A DNA stretch of 57,284 bases, taken from NCBI GenBank assembly GCA_030605765.1, contig JAUWHP010000021.1:1-57284 (forward strand). Reading direction: 5' to 3'. The DNA is from Dehalococcoidia bacterium. Lineage in GTDB: Bacteria > Chloroflexota > Dehalococcoidia > GIF9 > AB-539-J10. The position numbers and the translations under genes are program-made. The notes below the pieces were generated by a model. It did not search any database. It was not told the DNA's origin and saw nothing but the letters and a program-made list of their open reading frames with translations. This document shows, in pieces, positions 1 through 9,182 of the stretch (the stretch's first letter is position 1; every line of letters begins with the position of its first letter).

Positions 1-2
1 GC

Positions 3-551
3 AAAGGAAAAAGGTATAATCGTGAAGCGTTGGAAATCCATTTCAAAGGGGAAAATATCGCCGAAATCCTGGATATGGCCGTGGATGAAGCACTGGCCTT
101 TTTCGACCACTTTCCCAAGATTAAACGGAAATTGGAAACGCTGAGAGACGTTGGTTTGGGGTATGTTTGCTTGGGGCAGCCAGCGCCTACTCTTTCTGGC
201 GGCGAAGCGCAACGAGTGAAGCTATCCACTGAGCTATCTCGCCACTCCACAGGCAAAACCCTGTATATGCTTGATGAGCCCACCACAGGCCTTTCTTTCC
301 CCGATGTTGCTTCCCTTCTGCAGGTACTGCAGCGCCTGGTGGATCTTGGAAACACTGTAATTATCATTGAACACCATCTTGATGTAATCAAGAATGCTGA
401 TTGGGTTATTGACCTTGGCCCTGGAGCCGGCGATGAAGGCGGCTACATTGTAGCCACGGGCACACCGGAGGAAATAGCCCAGAGGGGAAATTCCTCCACC
501 GGGCAATATCTATGTGGTATACTATGTAAAAGGGAAGGAATGTTATCATGA
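3..551 (+). CDS. uvrA: Excinuclease ABC subunit A, C-terminal fragment (5' end outside window)
   Basis: The frame is open to the window edge (..[14 protein letters not shown]..). It carries the ABC signature [11 protein letters not shown], Walker [12 protein letters not shown] and H-loop IIIEHH of the second UvrA ATPase domain. Confidence 0.9.
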   Translation, partial: KGKRYNREALEIHFKGENIAEILDMAVDEALAFFDHFPKIKRKLETLRDVGLGYVCLGQPAPTLSGGEAQRVKLSTELSRHSTGKTLYMLDEPTTGLSFPDVASLLQVLQRLVDLGNTVIIIEHHLDVIKNADWVIDLGPGAGDEGGYIVATGTPEEIAQRGNSSTGQYLCGILCKREGMLS

Positions 552-1129
552 GCACAAAGGCGAATAGAAAAGAAATTATCGATTCCATTCGAGCCAATGT
601 TCAAGATAAAAACATGGTGAGGCATATGCTAGCCACCGAAGCCATTATGCGTGCTCTGGCCAAGAAATTGGGGAAAGACGAAGACGAATGGGGACTTACC
701 GGCCTCCTTCATGACATAGACGTAGAGTTAGTTGAAGGTGACCCTAAAAGCCACAGTAAACTGGGCGCCGATATAGCACGAGAACTTGGTGCTAATGAAG
801 AAATGGCTCATGCCATCCTATGCCACAACGAAGCTCATGGCATTCCGCGAGAAACACAACTGGATAAGGCGCTCTTCTGCGCTGACCCTCTGAGCGGGTT
901 TATCACCGCCTGTGCTTTGGTTCGGCCCAACAAACTCAGCGGATTAAGCACTAAATCAGTGATGAAGCGCTTCCGTGAGAAAAGATTTGCTGCTGGAGTT
1001 AACCGAGACCAATTGGCTCAATGCCGAGAACTCGGGATAGAATTGGAGGAATTCGCCTCGTTGGGCATTGAAGCAATGAAAGGCATCGCTTCAGAGCTAG
1101 GATTGCAAATATTGCTGACTCAACCATAG
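548..1129 (+). CDS. HD/HDIG-domain phosphohydrolase
   Basis: 193-aa ORF whose ATG overlaps the uvrA stop (ATGA at 548-551). It has the HD motif LLHDID and downstream histidines CHNEAHG. Confidence 0.7.
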   Translation: MSTKANRKEIIDSIRANVQDKNMVRHMLATEAIMRALAKKLGKDEDEWGLTGLLHDIDVELVEGDPKSHSKLGADIARELGANEEMAHAILCHNEAHGIPRETQLDKALFCADPLSGFITACALVRPNKLSGLSTKSVMKRFREKRFAAGVNRDQLAQCRELGIELEEFASLGIEAMKGIASELGLQILLTQP

Positions 1130-1161
1130 ACCAGTAATTCCGATAATTTTTGGCTTGAAAT

Positions 1162-2109
1162 ATGAAGGCTTTTGGGCCAGTCCCCTCCCGAAGATTAGGG
1201 CACAGTTTAGGAATAAACAATATCCCTCCCAAAGTATGCACTTACTCCTGTGTTTATTGTCAGCTTGGAAATACCATAAAAATGCAAGTAGCGCGGCAAA
1301 ATTTCTACAAAGCACAGGAAATAGAGCAGGATGTAAAACAGAAAATTAGAGAGGCTAAAGAAAAAGGAGAGCCAATAGACTATTTAACTTTTGTCCCCGA
1401 CGGTGAACCCACTTTGGATGCTAATCTGGGTAAGGAAATTGAACTCCTGGAACCATTAGACCTCAAAATCGCCGTCATTACAAACGCTTCCCTTATTTAT
1501 CGAGAGGATGTTAGAGAGGACTTAGGAAAAGCAGATTGGGTTTCACTAAAGGTGGATGCCATAAGCGAGAAAACCTGGCATAGAATTGACAGAGGGCACA
1601 AGTCATTAGAACTGAAAGCGATCTTGGATGGGATGCTCCAGTTTGCCAGCACCTTTAAGGGCGAATTAACAACGGAGACCATGCTTATTCAAGGTATTAA
1701 CGATAGTTACGAAGAAATTGAAAAGATCGCCGCTTTCCTATCAAAGTTAGAACCGAATAAAGCTTATCTCGCTATTCCCACAAGACCACCAGCACAAAAG
1801 AGAACAAAAGCTGCAAGCGAGTCGGCTATCAATACAGCATACCATCTCTTTAATCAGAAGGTAAGCGATGTGGAATACTTAATCGGCTATGAAGGGAACG
1901 CTTTTGCCTTCACCGGTAAGGTTGAAGATGATTTACTCAGCATCACCTCAGTACACCCCATGAGAGAAGAAGCCGTTACAGAATTTCTGAAAAAAGCCAC
2001 TGCAAAATGGGATGTGGTTGAAAGGTTACTCCAGGACAATAAGCTCGTGGAGACGGAATATCAAGGAAAGAAATTCTACATGAGAAGATTGCGCGCCAGG
2101 AAAGATTAA
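1162..2109 (+). CDS. Radical SAM protein, function unassigned
   Basis: CTYSCVYC (CxxxCxxC) near the N-terminus, preceded by GPVPSRRLGHSLGIN. 315 aa with no competing ORF. Confidence 0.75.
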   Translation: MKAFGPVPSRRLGHSLGINNIPPKVCTYSCVYCQLGNTIKMQVARQNFYKAQEIEQDVKQKIREAKEKGEPIDYLTFVPDGEPTLDANLGKEIELLEPLDLKIAVITNASLIYREDVREDLGKADWVSLKVDAISEKTWHRIDRGHKSLELKAILDGMLQFASTFKGELTTETMLIQGINDSYEEIEKIAAFLSKLEPNKAYLAIPTRPPAQKRTKAASESAINTAYHLFNQKVSDVEYLIGYEGNAFAFTGKVEDDLLSITSVHPMREEAVTEFLKKATAKWDVVERLLQDNKLVETEYQGKKFYMRRLRARKD

Positions 2110-2210
2110 GTGTAATTTTCTCATGCGGCTCACCTGATTAAACCCTCCTCCCAGGACTAAATTCCTATTGTGTTCCAAAAGAAGCTAATATACAGTGTCG
2201 GTGATTAATA

Positions 2211-2489
2211 GTGTTTAATAGTATGAGAAGGATAATGATGGAAGCAGAAAGCCGCAAAGATACCTTGCCTCAAAAGATGCTAACTGTAAAGGAGGTTGCC
2301 TCTATCTTCAATATTCATCCTAACACGGTCAGGAGGTGGGAAAAGAAAGGACTGCTGAAATCCTATGCGATCGGACTTCGCCATAGCCTGAGGTTCAGAC
2401 AGGAGGATATCCTCGATTTTCTGGATAAGTCTAAAAATGAATTTCCTGCGCAGCATTTCGGTGATAAGAGGGACGAGATACGATACTGA
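2211..2489 (+). CDS. Excisionase/MerR-type helix-turn-helix DNA-binding protein
   Basis: LTVKEVASIFNIHPNTVRRWEKKGLL resembles the excisionase-family HTH. Several in-frame start candidates exist, so the 5' end is uncertain. Confidence 0.5.
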   Translation: MFNSMRRIMMEAESRKDTLPQKMLTVKEVASIFNIHPNTVRRWEKKGLLKSYAIGLRHSLRFRQEDILDFLDKSKNEFPAQHFGDKRDEIRY

Positions 2490-2624
2490 GGTGGTTGATG
2501 TTAGCTAGACATACTTCAGAATCGAGATTTCGAGGCACGCAGGTAGGAAAACTGTCGAGCTCTTTAGATCAACAGTCTACTTGCGGCAAGAGTTAGATAA
2601 GCATATTGTGTTGGAGGTGTCGGT

Positions 2625-3686
2625 ATGGAAATAGAACAACTTCTTCGCTCAACGGCAGATAAAGGTGCTTCAGATTTGCACATAAGAGTCCCCGGGCCCC
2701 CAGTGATGCGTATTGACGGTAAGCTTATACCACAGGTGGATTTACCACTGATTAGTCCCGCAGATGTCGAACAGGCCTTTGAACAGGTTACCACTGAAAG
2801 CCAGCGTGAAACCTTCTACCGAGACCTGGAGCTAGACTTTGCCCACAGTATTCCCCAGATAGCCCGATTTCGCGTCAATGTGATGCGGCAGAGGGGAACA
2901 ATGAGCATAGCATTCCGCCGCGTGCCGTTTGAAATCCCAACCATTGATGGGCTCGGATTACCCCAAATCTGCAAGGACCTTGTCCTTAAACCAAGAGGAC
3001 TTATTCTGGTTACCGGACCTACAGGAAGTGGCAAAAGCACCACTTTGGCCGCTATGATTGACTACCTCAATAAGAGCGAAAGCCGAAATGTCATCACTAT
3101 CGAAGACCCTATTGAATACCTGTATAAGAACCAGAAGTGCATTATGGCGCAACGGGACCTGGGCGATGATACCAAGTCATTTGCCAACGCCTTAATTCAT
3201 GCTCTACGACATGACCCGGATGTGATTCTCGTGGGTGAGATGCGTGACCTGGACACCATAAGAACAGCCATCACTGCGGCCGAAACAGGGCATATAGTGC
3301 TGGGCACATTACATACCGTTGATGCTGTTCAGACTGTCGATCGTATAATTGATGCTTTTCCTCCCGAGCACCAACGCCAAGTTAGATTACAGCTATCCCA
3401 GGTGCTGGAAGCGGTGTTGTCACAAACACTGCTGCCGCGAGCTATAGGAAGAGGAAGAATCGCAGCCTTTGAGATTTTGATTGCTACCCCCGCTGTGAGA
3501 AACTTAATACGTACCAGCAAAACCTTTGAATTGCCCAGTATTTTACAACTTGGTGCTCAGGACGGCATGCAAACTTTGAACCAGACGCTAGTTTCCCTGG
3601 TGCAAAGCCAGACGGTAACCATGGAAGAAGCTGTAATGAAAAGCAGCGACCCAAATCAACTAAAAAGACTAATTCAGGGATATTGA
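2625..3686 (+). CDS. pilT: Type IV pilus retraction ATPase PilT family
   Basis: Walker A GPTGSGKSTT, ITIEDPIEY, Walker B ILVGEMRD, GHIVLGTLHT. 353 aa, typical PilT length. Confidence 0.85.
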   Translation: MEIEQLLRSTADKGASDLHIRVPGPPVMRIDGKLIPQVDLPLISPADVEQAFEQVTTESQRETFYRDLELDFAHSIPQIARFRVNVMRQRGTMSIAFRRVPFEIPTIDGLGLPQICKDLVLKPRGLILVTGPTGSGKSTTLAAMIDYLNKSESRNVITIEDPIEYLYKNQKCIMAQRDLGDDTKSFANALIHALRHDPDVILVGEMRDLDTIRTAITAAETGHIVLGTLHTVDAVQTVDRIIDAFPPEHQRQVRLQLSQVLEAVLSQTLLPRAIGRGRIAAFEILIATPAVRNLIRTSKTFELPSILQLGAQDGMQTLNQTLVSLVQSQTVTMEEAVMKSSDPNQLKRLIQGY

Positions 3687-3736
3687 AGTATCTGCCTCAG
3701 TACACTGGGTTTCTCCTCCGGATTCAGCTAGCCCAG

Positions 3737-4372
3737 CTATAAGAGTTCTAAGCCTTTAACAATATCGTTGAGTTCAGCGAAAGGTTTACACTCAAGGTTA
3801 TTCTTCTTACAATAGGCCAATAGGTCACTCGTGGCAAAGACGCGATAGGCATATTTTGCCGGTAATATATCGGAGTCACCATTGCCAGCATATACCACCC
3901 TGTAACCCTGCTGCAGGAATAACTTAATGTATACCTCCTTGAAACCATCGCCTAACTGCTTGCCATCTGGCCCCACATAGCGCACTTTCATTCCTTCAGG
4001 GCTAAACGAAGTTCGTGCTGCATATGTTTCGATGGTTTCCAGGCCCACCTCTTTCAATATTGCCTTTATATAGAAAGCCAGGCCATTGCTAACAATGACA
4101 AATCTGTAGCCCTTCGTGGAACAATAACTTACCAGCTCCTGGAAGCCACCTCGTATCTTAACCCTGGCTTTTATAGCCTCAATCAATGTCTGCCTGTCAG
4201 CTTTAACCATAGCAAAGGCTCCAGTATTGAACTTACCTACAGATATCCTGTGCTCTTCATACTCTTGCAGCAATCCTCTCCAATCCCCCTGGGCAAAAGC
4301 ATCCAGGAGGAAATAGCTAACATCATTCTCAGTAATGGTGCCATCAAAATCACATTGAATTAAGGTCTTCAT
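3737..4372 (-). CDS. HAD-IB family phosphatase (MtnX / phosphoserine-phosphatase-like)
   Basis: HAD motif I CDFDGTIT lies directly after the internal ATG at 4372, and motif IV is GNGDSD. The longer ORF to 4411 reads through a REP-like element (LRFSRNDA), so the internal start is preferred. Confidence 0.7.
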   Translation of the reverse strand: MKTLIQCDFDGTITENDVSYFLLDAFAQGDWRGLLQEYEEHRISVGKFNTGAFAMVKADRQTLIEAIKARVKIRGGFQELVSYCSTKGYRFVIVSNGLAFYIKAILKEVGLETIETYAARTSFSPEGMKVRYVGPDGKQLGDGFKEVYIKLFLQQGYRVVYAGNGDSDILPAKYAYRVFATSDLLAYCKKNNLECKPFAELNDIVKGLELL

Positions 4373-4421
4373 CGTTAAGCCCAACGCGTCATTGCGAGAG
4401 AAGCGAAGCACCCTTGAATCA

Positions 4422-5273
4422 CTATACTGATAATTTAATCCCCACAGGGCAATGGTCAGAACCTGTTACCCGGGATAGGATGCTTGCCTCAGCAACTAAG
4501 TCCAATAGATTCTCAGTTACAAATATGTAGTCCAGCCTCCAGCCTACGTTTCGCTCCCTGGCCCTTGTTCTTAAACTCCACCAAGTATAATGATTTGGCT
4601 CTTTGACAAAGTAACGAAAGGTATCAATAAAGCCATGAGTTACAAACTTGTCCATCCAGGCTCTTTCCATGGGCAAAAATCCCGAAGTGTCTTCATTCTC
4701 CCTGGGGCGAGCCAGGTCTATTTCTTCATGAGCAGTGTTGAAATCACCGCAAATAATGAGTTTTTTTCCTCTTGCCTTAATAGGGTTTATAAAGTCGAGA
4801 AAAGCATCACAAAAGTCCATCTTATATCTCAACCGCTCATCGTTCATCTTCCCATTAGGAAAATAAACATTAAAAAGGATAAACTGAGGATATTTCGTAA
4901 TTGTAACCCTACCTTCCACATCAAACCGTTTGATGCCAAAGCCATTTTCAACGCTGACTGGCTTTTCTTTTGTAAAGGTAACCACCCCACTATAACCTTT
5001 TCTCTCTGGAAAATTCCAGCAGATATAGTATCCAGATGCCTGCTGGATTTCAGAGCTGATTTGCCCGGGCTGGGCTTTTGTTTCCTGTAAGCATAAAATG
5101 TCAGGCGATTCCTGACTTAGCCAATTCAAGAAGCCTTTTCTCTCCGCTGCCCTGATTCCATTGACATTCCAGCACAATATCTTTATTTCTTTCACAGGCG
5201 ACACCTGACACCAGTATGATTCCCCTCTTCTGCACGCCACCCTGACTTCCCTTACGTCATTTGAGTCCTTCAC
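4422..5273 (-). CDS. xth: Exodeoxyribonuclease III (AP endonuclease)
   Basis: ILCWNVNGIRAA, LCLQETK, GDFNTAHEEIDL and SDHCPV are ExoIII/EEP hallmarks. The true start may be the internal GTG near 5195. Confidence 0.85.
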   Translation of the reverse strand: MKDSNDVREVRVACRRGESYWCQVSPVKEIKILCWNVNGIRAAERKGFLNWLSQESPDILCLQETKAQPGQISSEIQQASGYYICWNFPERKGYSGVVTFTKEKPVSVENGFGIKRFDVEGRVTITKYPQFILFNVYFPNGKMNDERLRYKMDFCDAFLDFINPIKARGKKLIICGDFNTAHEEIDLARPRENEDTSGFLPMERAWMDKFVTHGFIDTFRYFVKEPNHYTWWSLRTRARERNVGWRLDYIFVTENLLDLVAEASILSRVTGSDHCPVGIKLSV

Positions 5274-5541
5274 TCCTTGCCATTCTGGTCCCCAGACAAA
5301 GAATCTATCTAGAGATTAGCATATTTTGCCAGGGTGATAAAAGATAGCATATCCCTCCGCACAATTAGCGCCACAGGCTTCCTTCGCTAGCCGCAAAGTG
5401 CAAAGCGCCAAGACAAACTACGGGATTGCGACGCTCGTAATGACAAAGAGCCTACTAAGGCTTGCAAACACCCCTTGGCTTGAGATAGGCTTATAGCACC
5501 ATAATGAAGAACATAATGCATCATGAAAGGGAGGTAAGCCC

Positions 5542-6027
5542 ATGAATGGGATAGGTCAAAGCACCACCTTTTACGTAATCGTGCTACTCTGGGTGGCTCG
5601 AGTCATAATCTGGACATTCATCTGTATGTTGCTGGCCTGGCTTGGCATCAGGGCCCTGGATGCCCTTACTCCAAGTATCCATCAACGACAGAAAATAGGC
5701 GAAACCCCTATCTCGGTAGGCCTGTTTATGGCTGGTTTCTCAATTTTGATAGGTTTAGTTGTCCATGGTATAGTAACCGGCCCCGTCATAGTTGGCGCCG
5801 GGCTCCTGTATAGCTTGCTTGACCCCAGAAGATTGGGGTTAATAGCCATTAGCTTCTTTATCAGTCTTCTTTTAGGCATAGCTTTGCTCCATATCATAGA
5901 CAAATTAACACCCAAAATACCTTTCGGGAGCGTTGAGCAGAGTCCCATTGCAGTAGGCATATACGTTTTCGGTTATCTCCTTTTCTTTGGTTTAATAATC
6001 CATGGTGCTCTAACCATGCCTTTGTGA
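5542..6027 (+). CDS. Membrane protein with two DUF350-like repeats
   Basis: An internal duplication is visible (..ISVGLFMAGFSILIGLVVHG.. / ..IAVGIYVFGYLLFFGLIIHG..). Four or more predicted TM helices; RBS GGGAGG upstream. Confidence 0.5.
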   Translation: MNGIGQSTTFYVIVLLWVARVIIWTFICMLLAWLGIRALDALTPSIHQRQKIGETPISVGLFMAGFSILIGLVVHGIVTGPVIVGAGLLYSLLDPRRLGLIAISFFISLLLGIALLHIIDKLTPKIPFGSVEQSPIAVGIYVFGYLLFFGLIIHGALTMPL

Positions 6028-6033
6028 GCTGTC

Positions 6034-6864
6034 ATGTCCCGGCATCCAAGAATTATTTTATTATTTCCCATCCTAATTTTATTGGTAATATTGCCTGCTT
6101 CTACTCTGGCAGTATCATCAACAAACTTCTACCAGCAGGGTAGCGAGATTTTCGATGACTGGGATCTTTGCCGTACCCGCGCTATGGGCGAAGATGGCTT
6201 TTTCCAGGTCTACTCTGAAACAGAATTCTGCCCCATTATCACAGGTGAGAGCTTGGGTGAAAATGTCGATAAGGCTTACCGGAATGGCCAGCAATTTGCT
6301 GAAGATTACCCTGATATTCATCAGCGGGCGGAGAAAATTTTTGCCTTTGCCCGCGACAAGATTAGATATACTTCAGATGCAGACCAGTTTGGTTTTCAGG
6401 AGTTTGCTCAGAACGCTGATGAATTGGCAAGCGTTATCGAGGATAAGGGCTTTGCTTCTGGTGATTGTGAGGATTACGCTATTTTGCTTGCTGTCATGTA
6501 TAAAGGAGCAGGCCTTCGTTCTGCCATAGTGGTGGCGTCTGATCACGCTGCAGCATTAGTATATCTGCCGGAGTATAACAAAGCCAATCAAATATTATCC
6601 ATCAATGATGAGTCTGGTTGGGTTTGGGCCGAAGCTACAGGCGGAAACAACCCTTTAGGTTGGATGCCAGCGAGATACATGGGAGAGAAATTGGGAGTGT
6701 ATGAAGTTGAAGGGGAATCTATAAGCAAAGTAGAACCGACCGGTAAATCATCCACCATTATCGTTCCAAAAAGCACCAGCGCTGGAATCCATATATCGCC
6801 TTTTTTCAGTGTGATTGGAATAATGTGGTTCCTATCCCTATTTCGCAGGCGCCGCCGAGCTTGA
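6034..6864 (+). CDS. Secreted/anchored transglutaminase-like cysteine protease-fold protein
   Basis: N-terminal signal/anchor, GDCEDYAILLAVMYKGAGL core Cys motif, later SDHAAALVY, C-terminal TM helix and RRRRRA tail. Confidence 0.55.
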   Translation: MSRHPRIILLFPILILLVILPASTLAVSSTNFYQQGSEIFDDWDLCRTRAMGEDGFFQVYSETEFCPIITGESLGENVDKAYRNGQQFAEDYPDIHQRAEKIFAFARDKIRYTSDADQFGFQEFAQNADELASVIEDKGFASGDCEDYAILLAVMYKGAGLRSAIVVASDHAAALVYLPEYNKANQILSINDESGWVWAEATGGNNPLGWMPARYMGEKLGVYEVEGESISKVEPTGKSSTIIVPKSTSAGIHISPFFSVIGIMWFLSLFRRRRRA

Positions 6865-6990
6865 GACAAACGCTTTGTTTCTTCCATTTTTGTAGTTTTT
6901 ATCCATCTTCCGGCCCTGACTGGCAACAGGACATCCAGCTATCCAGTGATATAGAAATTTCGATTGGTAGCATGATGACAGCGTGAGCCT

Positions 6991-7689
6991 TCACACACTA
7001 CCAAAACGACGTTCGCGGCGCTTGTATTCAGAAAGAGCTTCCTCAATGTCTTCCTGTCCAAAATCAGGCCATAACACCGGAGTAAAATAAAGCTCGCTGT
7101 AAGCAGCTTGCCACAGGAGGAAATTGCTAAGGCGAATCTCGCCGCCAGTGCGTATAATTAAGTCCGGGTTGGGAATGCCACTGGTATAAAGGTATTGGCT
7201 AAATACAAGCTCATCTACCTTGTCACTGGAAACATCAGCGCTGATGATACGCCTAACTGCCCGCACAATTTCATCACGCCCACCATAATCAAAAGCAAGG
7301 CAAATTGTAAGCCCAGTATTATCTTTAGTAAGTTCGATTGCCGCCTCTACCTTTTCCCTTAACTTCTGAGATAGCTTATTCATCCTGCCAAGGTATATTA
7401 GCTTCATATTCTCTTGATGACAAACCTGAGCCTCCCTGCCAATCCTCCTTGCCAGAAGATTGAGCAGGCCTGCAACCTCGGCTTTAGGGCGATTCCAGTT
7501 TTCGGTAGAGAAAGCATAAAGAGTGAGGTATTTCACACCATAATTGGCGAAAATTTTGGCAACTGAGCGAATGTTATCTGCACCAGCCCTATGCCCCATA
7601 AGCCTAGGCAAGTTACGTTTTTTTGCCCACCTACCATTGCCATCCAAAATAATGGCTACATGCCGAGGAGAGTAATTTGCCTGAGTCAT
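6991..7689 (-). CDS. uppS: Undecaprenyl/isoprenyl diphosphate synthase (cis-prenyltransferase)
   Basis: HVAIILDGNGRWA, FSTENWNRP and RTGGEIRLSNFLLWQ motifs. The ATG at 7689 has a GGGAGG SD 7 nt upstream and forms an ATGA overlap with the upstream stop. Confidence 0.9.
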   Translation of the reverse strand: MTQANYSPRHVAIILDGNGRWAKKRNLPRLMGHRAGADNIRSVAKIFANYGVKYLTLYAFSTENWNRPKAEVAGLLNLLARRIGREAQVCHQENMKLIYLGRMNKLSQKLREKVEAAIELTKDNTGLTICLAFDYGGRDEIVRAVRRIISADVSSDKVDELVFSQYLYTSGIPNPDLIIRTGGEIRLSNFLLWQAAYSELYFTPVLWPDFGQEDIEEALSEYKRRERRFGSV

Positions 7690-8879
7690 GAGCCAACCTC
7701 CCAAGGAAGAAGATGCCAGGCTTTTCGCAAGGGATAAGCTAAAGTATATCTCAAAGCAGCCAGGATTAACTCGCTATGCCAATCAAATGAGAAATCGGGG
7801 GAATTAAGCAAAGCTCTAGCTACGCCTCCAGAATCCAACATACTGAATATCCTCTCTACTTGGCGATCGCTTAATTTGGTGTAAACGTGCCTGGCCCAGC
7901 AGCCACGGGAGATTTCTTTACCCATCTTTGCCCTCCATTGCCTTTGATAGCAGGAGAGTCTGGCTGCCGATAAGTCGTCACTCTTAAGAGCCTCACTAAG
8001 CACCTCAGCAGCTATTTTAGCACCTAGATGCCCAAAATATATGCCTCCACCAGTAGTCGGCTTTACCTGCCCAGCAGCGTCACCAATAACCAGAACCCTG
8101 TCTCCATAACTGCGCGGCAAGACTCCCAGAGGGATTGCCTTTTGCTTTATTTTCACCTCTCGATTTATTATCCCACGCCGCCAGGAAGGGCTAATAAGAA
8201 ATCTCCCCAAATGTAGCCTGGCATGAGATGCCGCTAAGAGCCCGACTAAAATTTTATTCGTTGAAACAGGCGCAAGCCAAGCAAAGAAACCTGGCGCTAT
8301 CCGCTGGTTAAAATATACTTCAATTTCATTAACACCCTTAGCTTCGACCTCCGCTTGAGCACCAACGATGAAATGCTTAATTCTACCTAGACTCAATTTC
8401 TGGGATAACCTGGGCCTAAAGCCATTAGCCAAGATCACAGCTCTGGCGGTAAGTGCTTCCTTTGAGCCACAGTGCAAAATTTCAACTCGTGCATCATGCT
8501 TTCCTACAGCGATATCAGTAGCCCGAGACAAAAAGAGATAATTTGCGCCCTTAGCTTGGGCTTTACGGGCAATAGCCTGATCAAAGGAAGCCCGATCTAC
8601 TAGATATGCTTGAATTCTCTCGCTTTGCAGCCTCAAGCATCTCCCTGAAGGAGAAAAAAATTTGGCTGAGTTTGTCCTGTTCAGTATCACCTCTGGGCCA
8701 ACACCAAAGGAATCAAAACACTCAGCACTGATTATTCCGGTGCAGCAAACATCAACCCCCACCCCCTCTTTCTGTTCCAAAACAGCCACGCTGTAACCTG
8801 AGGCGGCCAGTTCCCAGGCAGCATAACTTCCCGCTGGCCCCGCTCCCACTATAATTACATCGTAAAATTGGCTTAACAA
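7686..8879 (-). CDS. Geranylgeranyl-reductase-family FAD-dependent oxidoreductase
   Basis: N-terminal YDVIIVGAGPAGS dinucleotide fold; 397 aa with LVIGDAAGQVKPTTGGGI, typical of GGR/ChlP-like reductases. Confidence 0.75.
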   Translation of the reverse strand: MLSQFYDVIIVGAGPAGSYAAWELAASGYSVAVLEQKEGVGVDVCCTGIISAECFDSFGVGPEVILNRTNSAKFFSPSGRCLRLQSERIQAYLVDRASFDQAIARKAQAKGANYLFLSRATDIAVGKHDARVEILHCGSKEALTARAVILANGFRPRLSQKLSLGRIKHFIVGAQAEVEAKGVNEIEVYFNQRIAPGFFAWLAPVSTNKILVGLLAASHARLHLGRFLISPSWRRGIINREVKIKQKAIPLGVLPRSYGDRVLVIGDAAGQVKPTTGGGIYFGHLGAKIAAEVLSEALKSDDLSAARLSCYQRQWRAKMGKEISRGCWARHVYTKLSDRQVERIFSMLDSGGVARALLNSPDFSFDWHSELILAALRYTLAYPLRKAWHLLPWEVGS

Positions 8880-9182
8880 CTTCTCTAACTCGTATCCACC
8901 GAAAGGTACAAGGGGATTTCACCTCCACTATCCTTAAGCACTAATTCACTATTCCCACATAGCTGGAGATTTCATTTACCACGACGATATCACATTTTCT
9001 TCTAGTTTATCACAACCAGCACCGCTAAAACTTCTCTGGGAACCTATTTGGTGCCAGGTTGCCTAACCATGCCTATCATTGGAGAGGAGACTTGACACTA
9101 GGCCAACATCATTTAGCTAGTAACTTTGATTTGCTAAGGGCATGATCATCACCCAGCACAGAGCCTACGGGCTAGTTGACAA

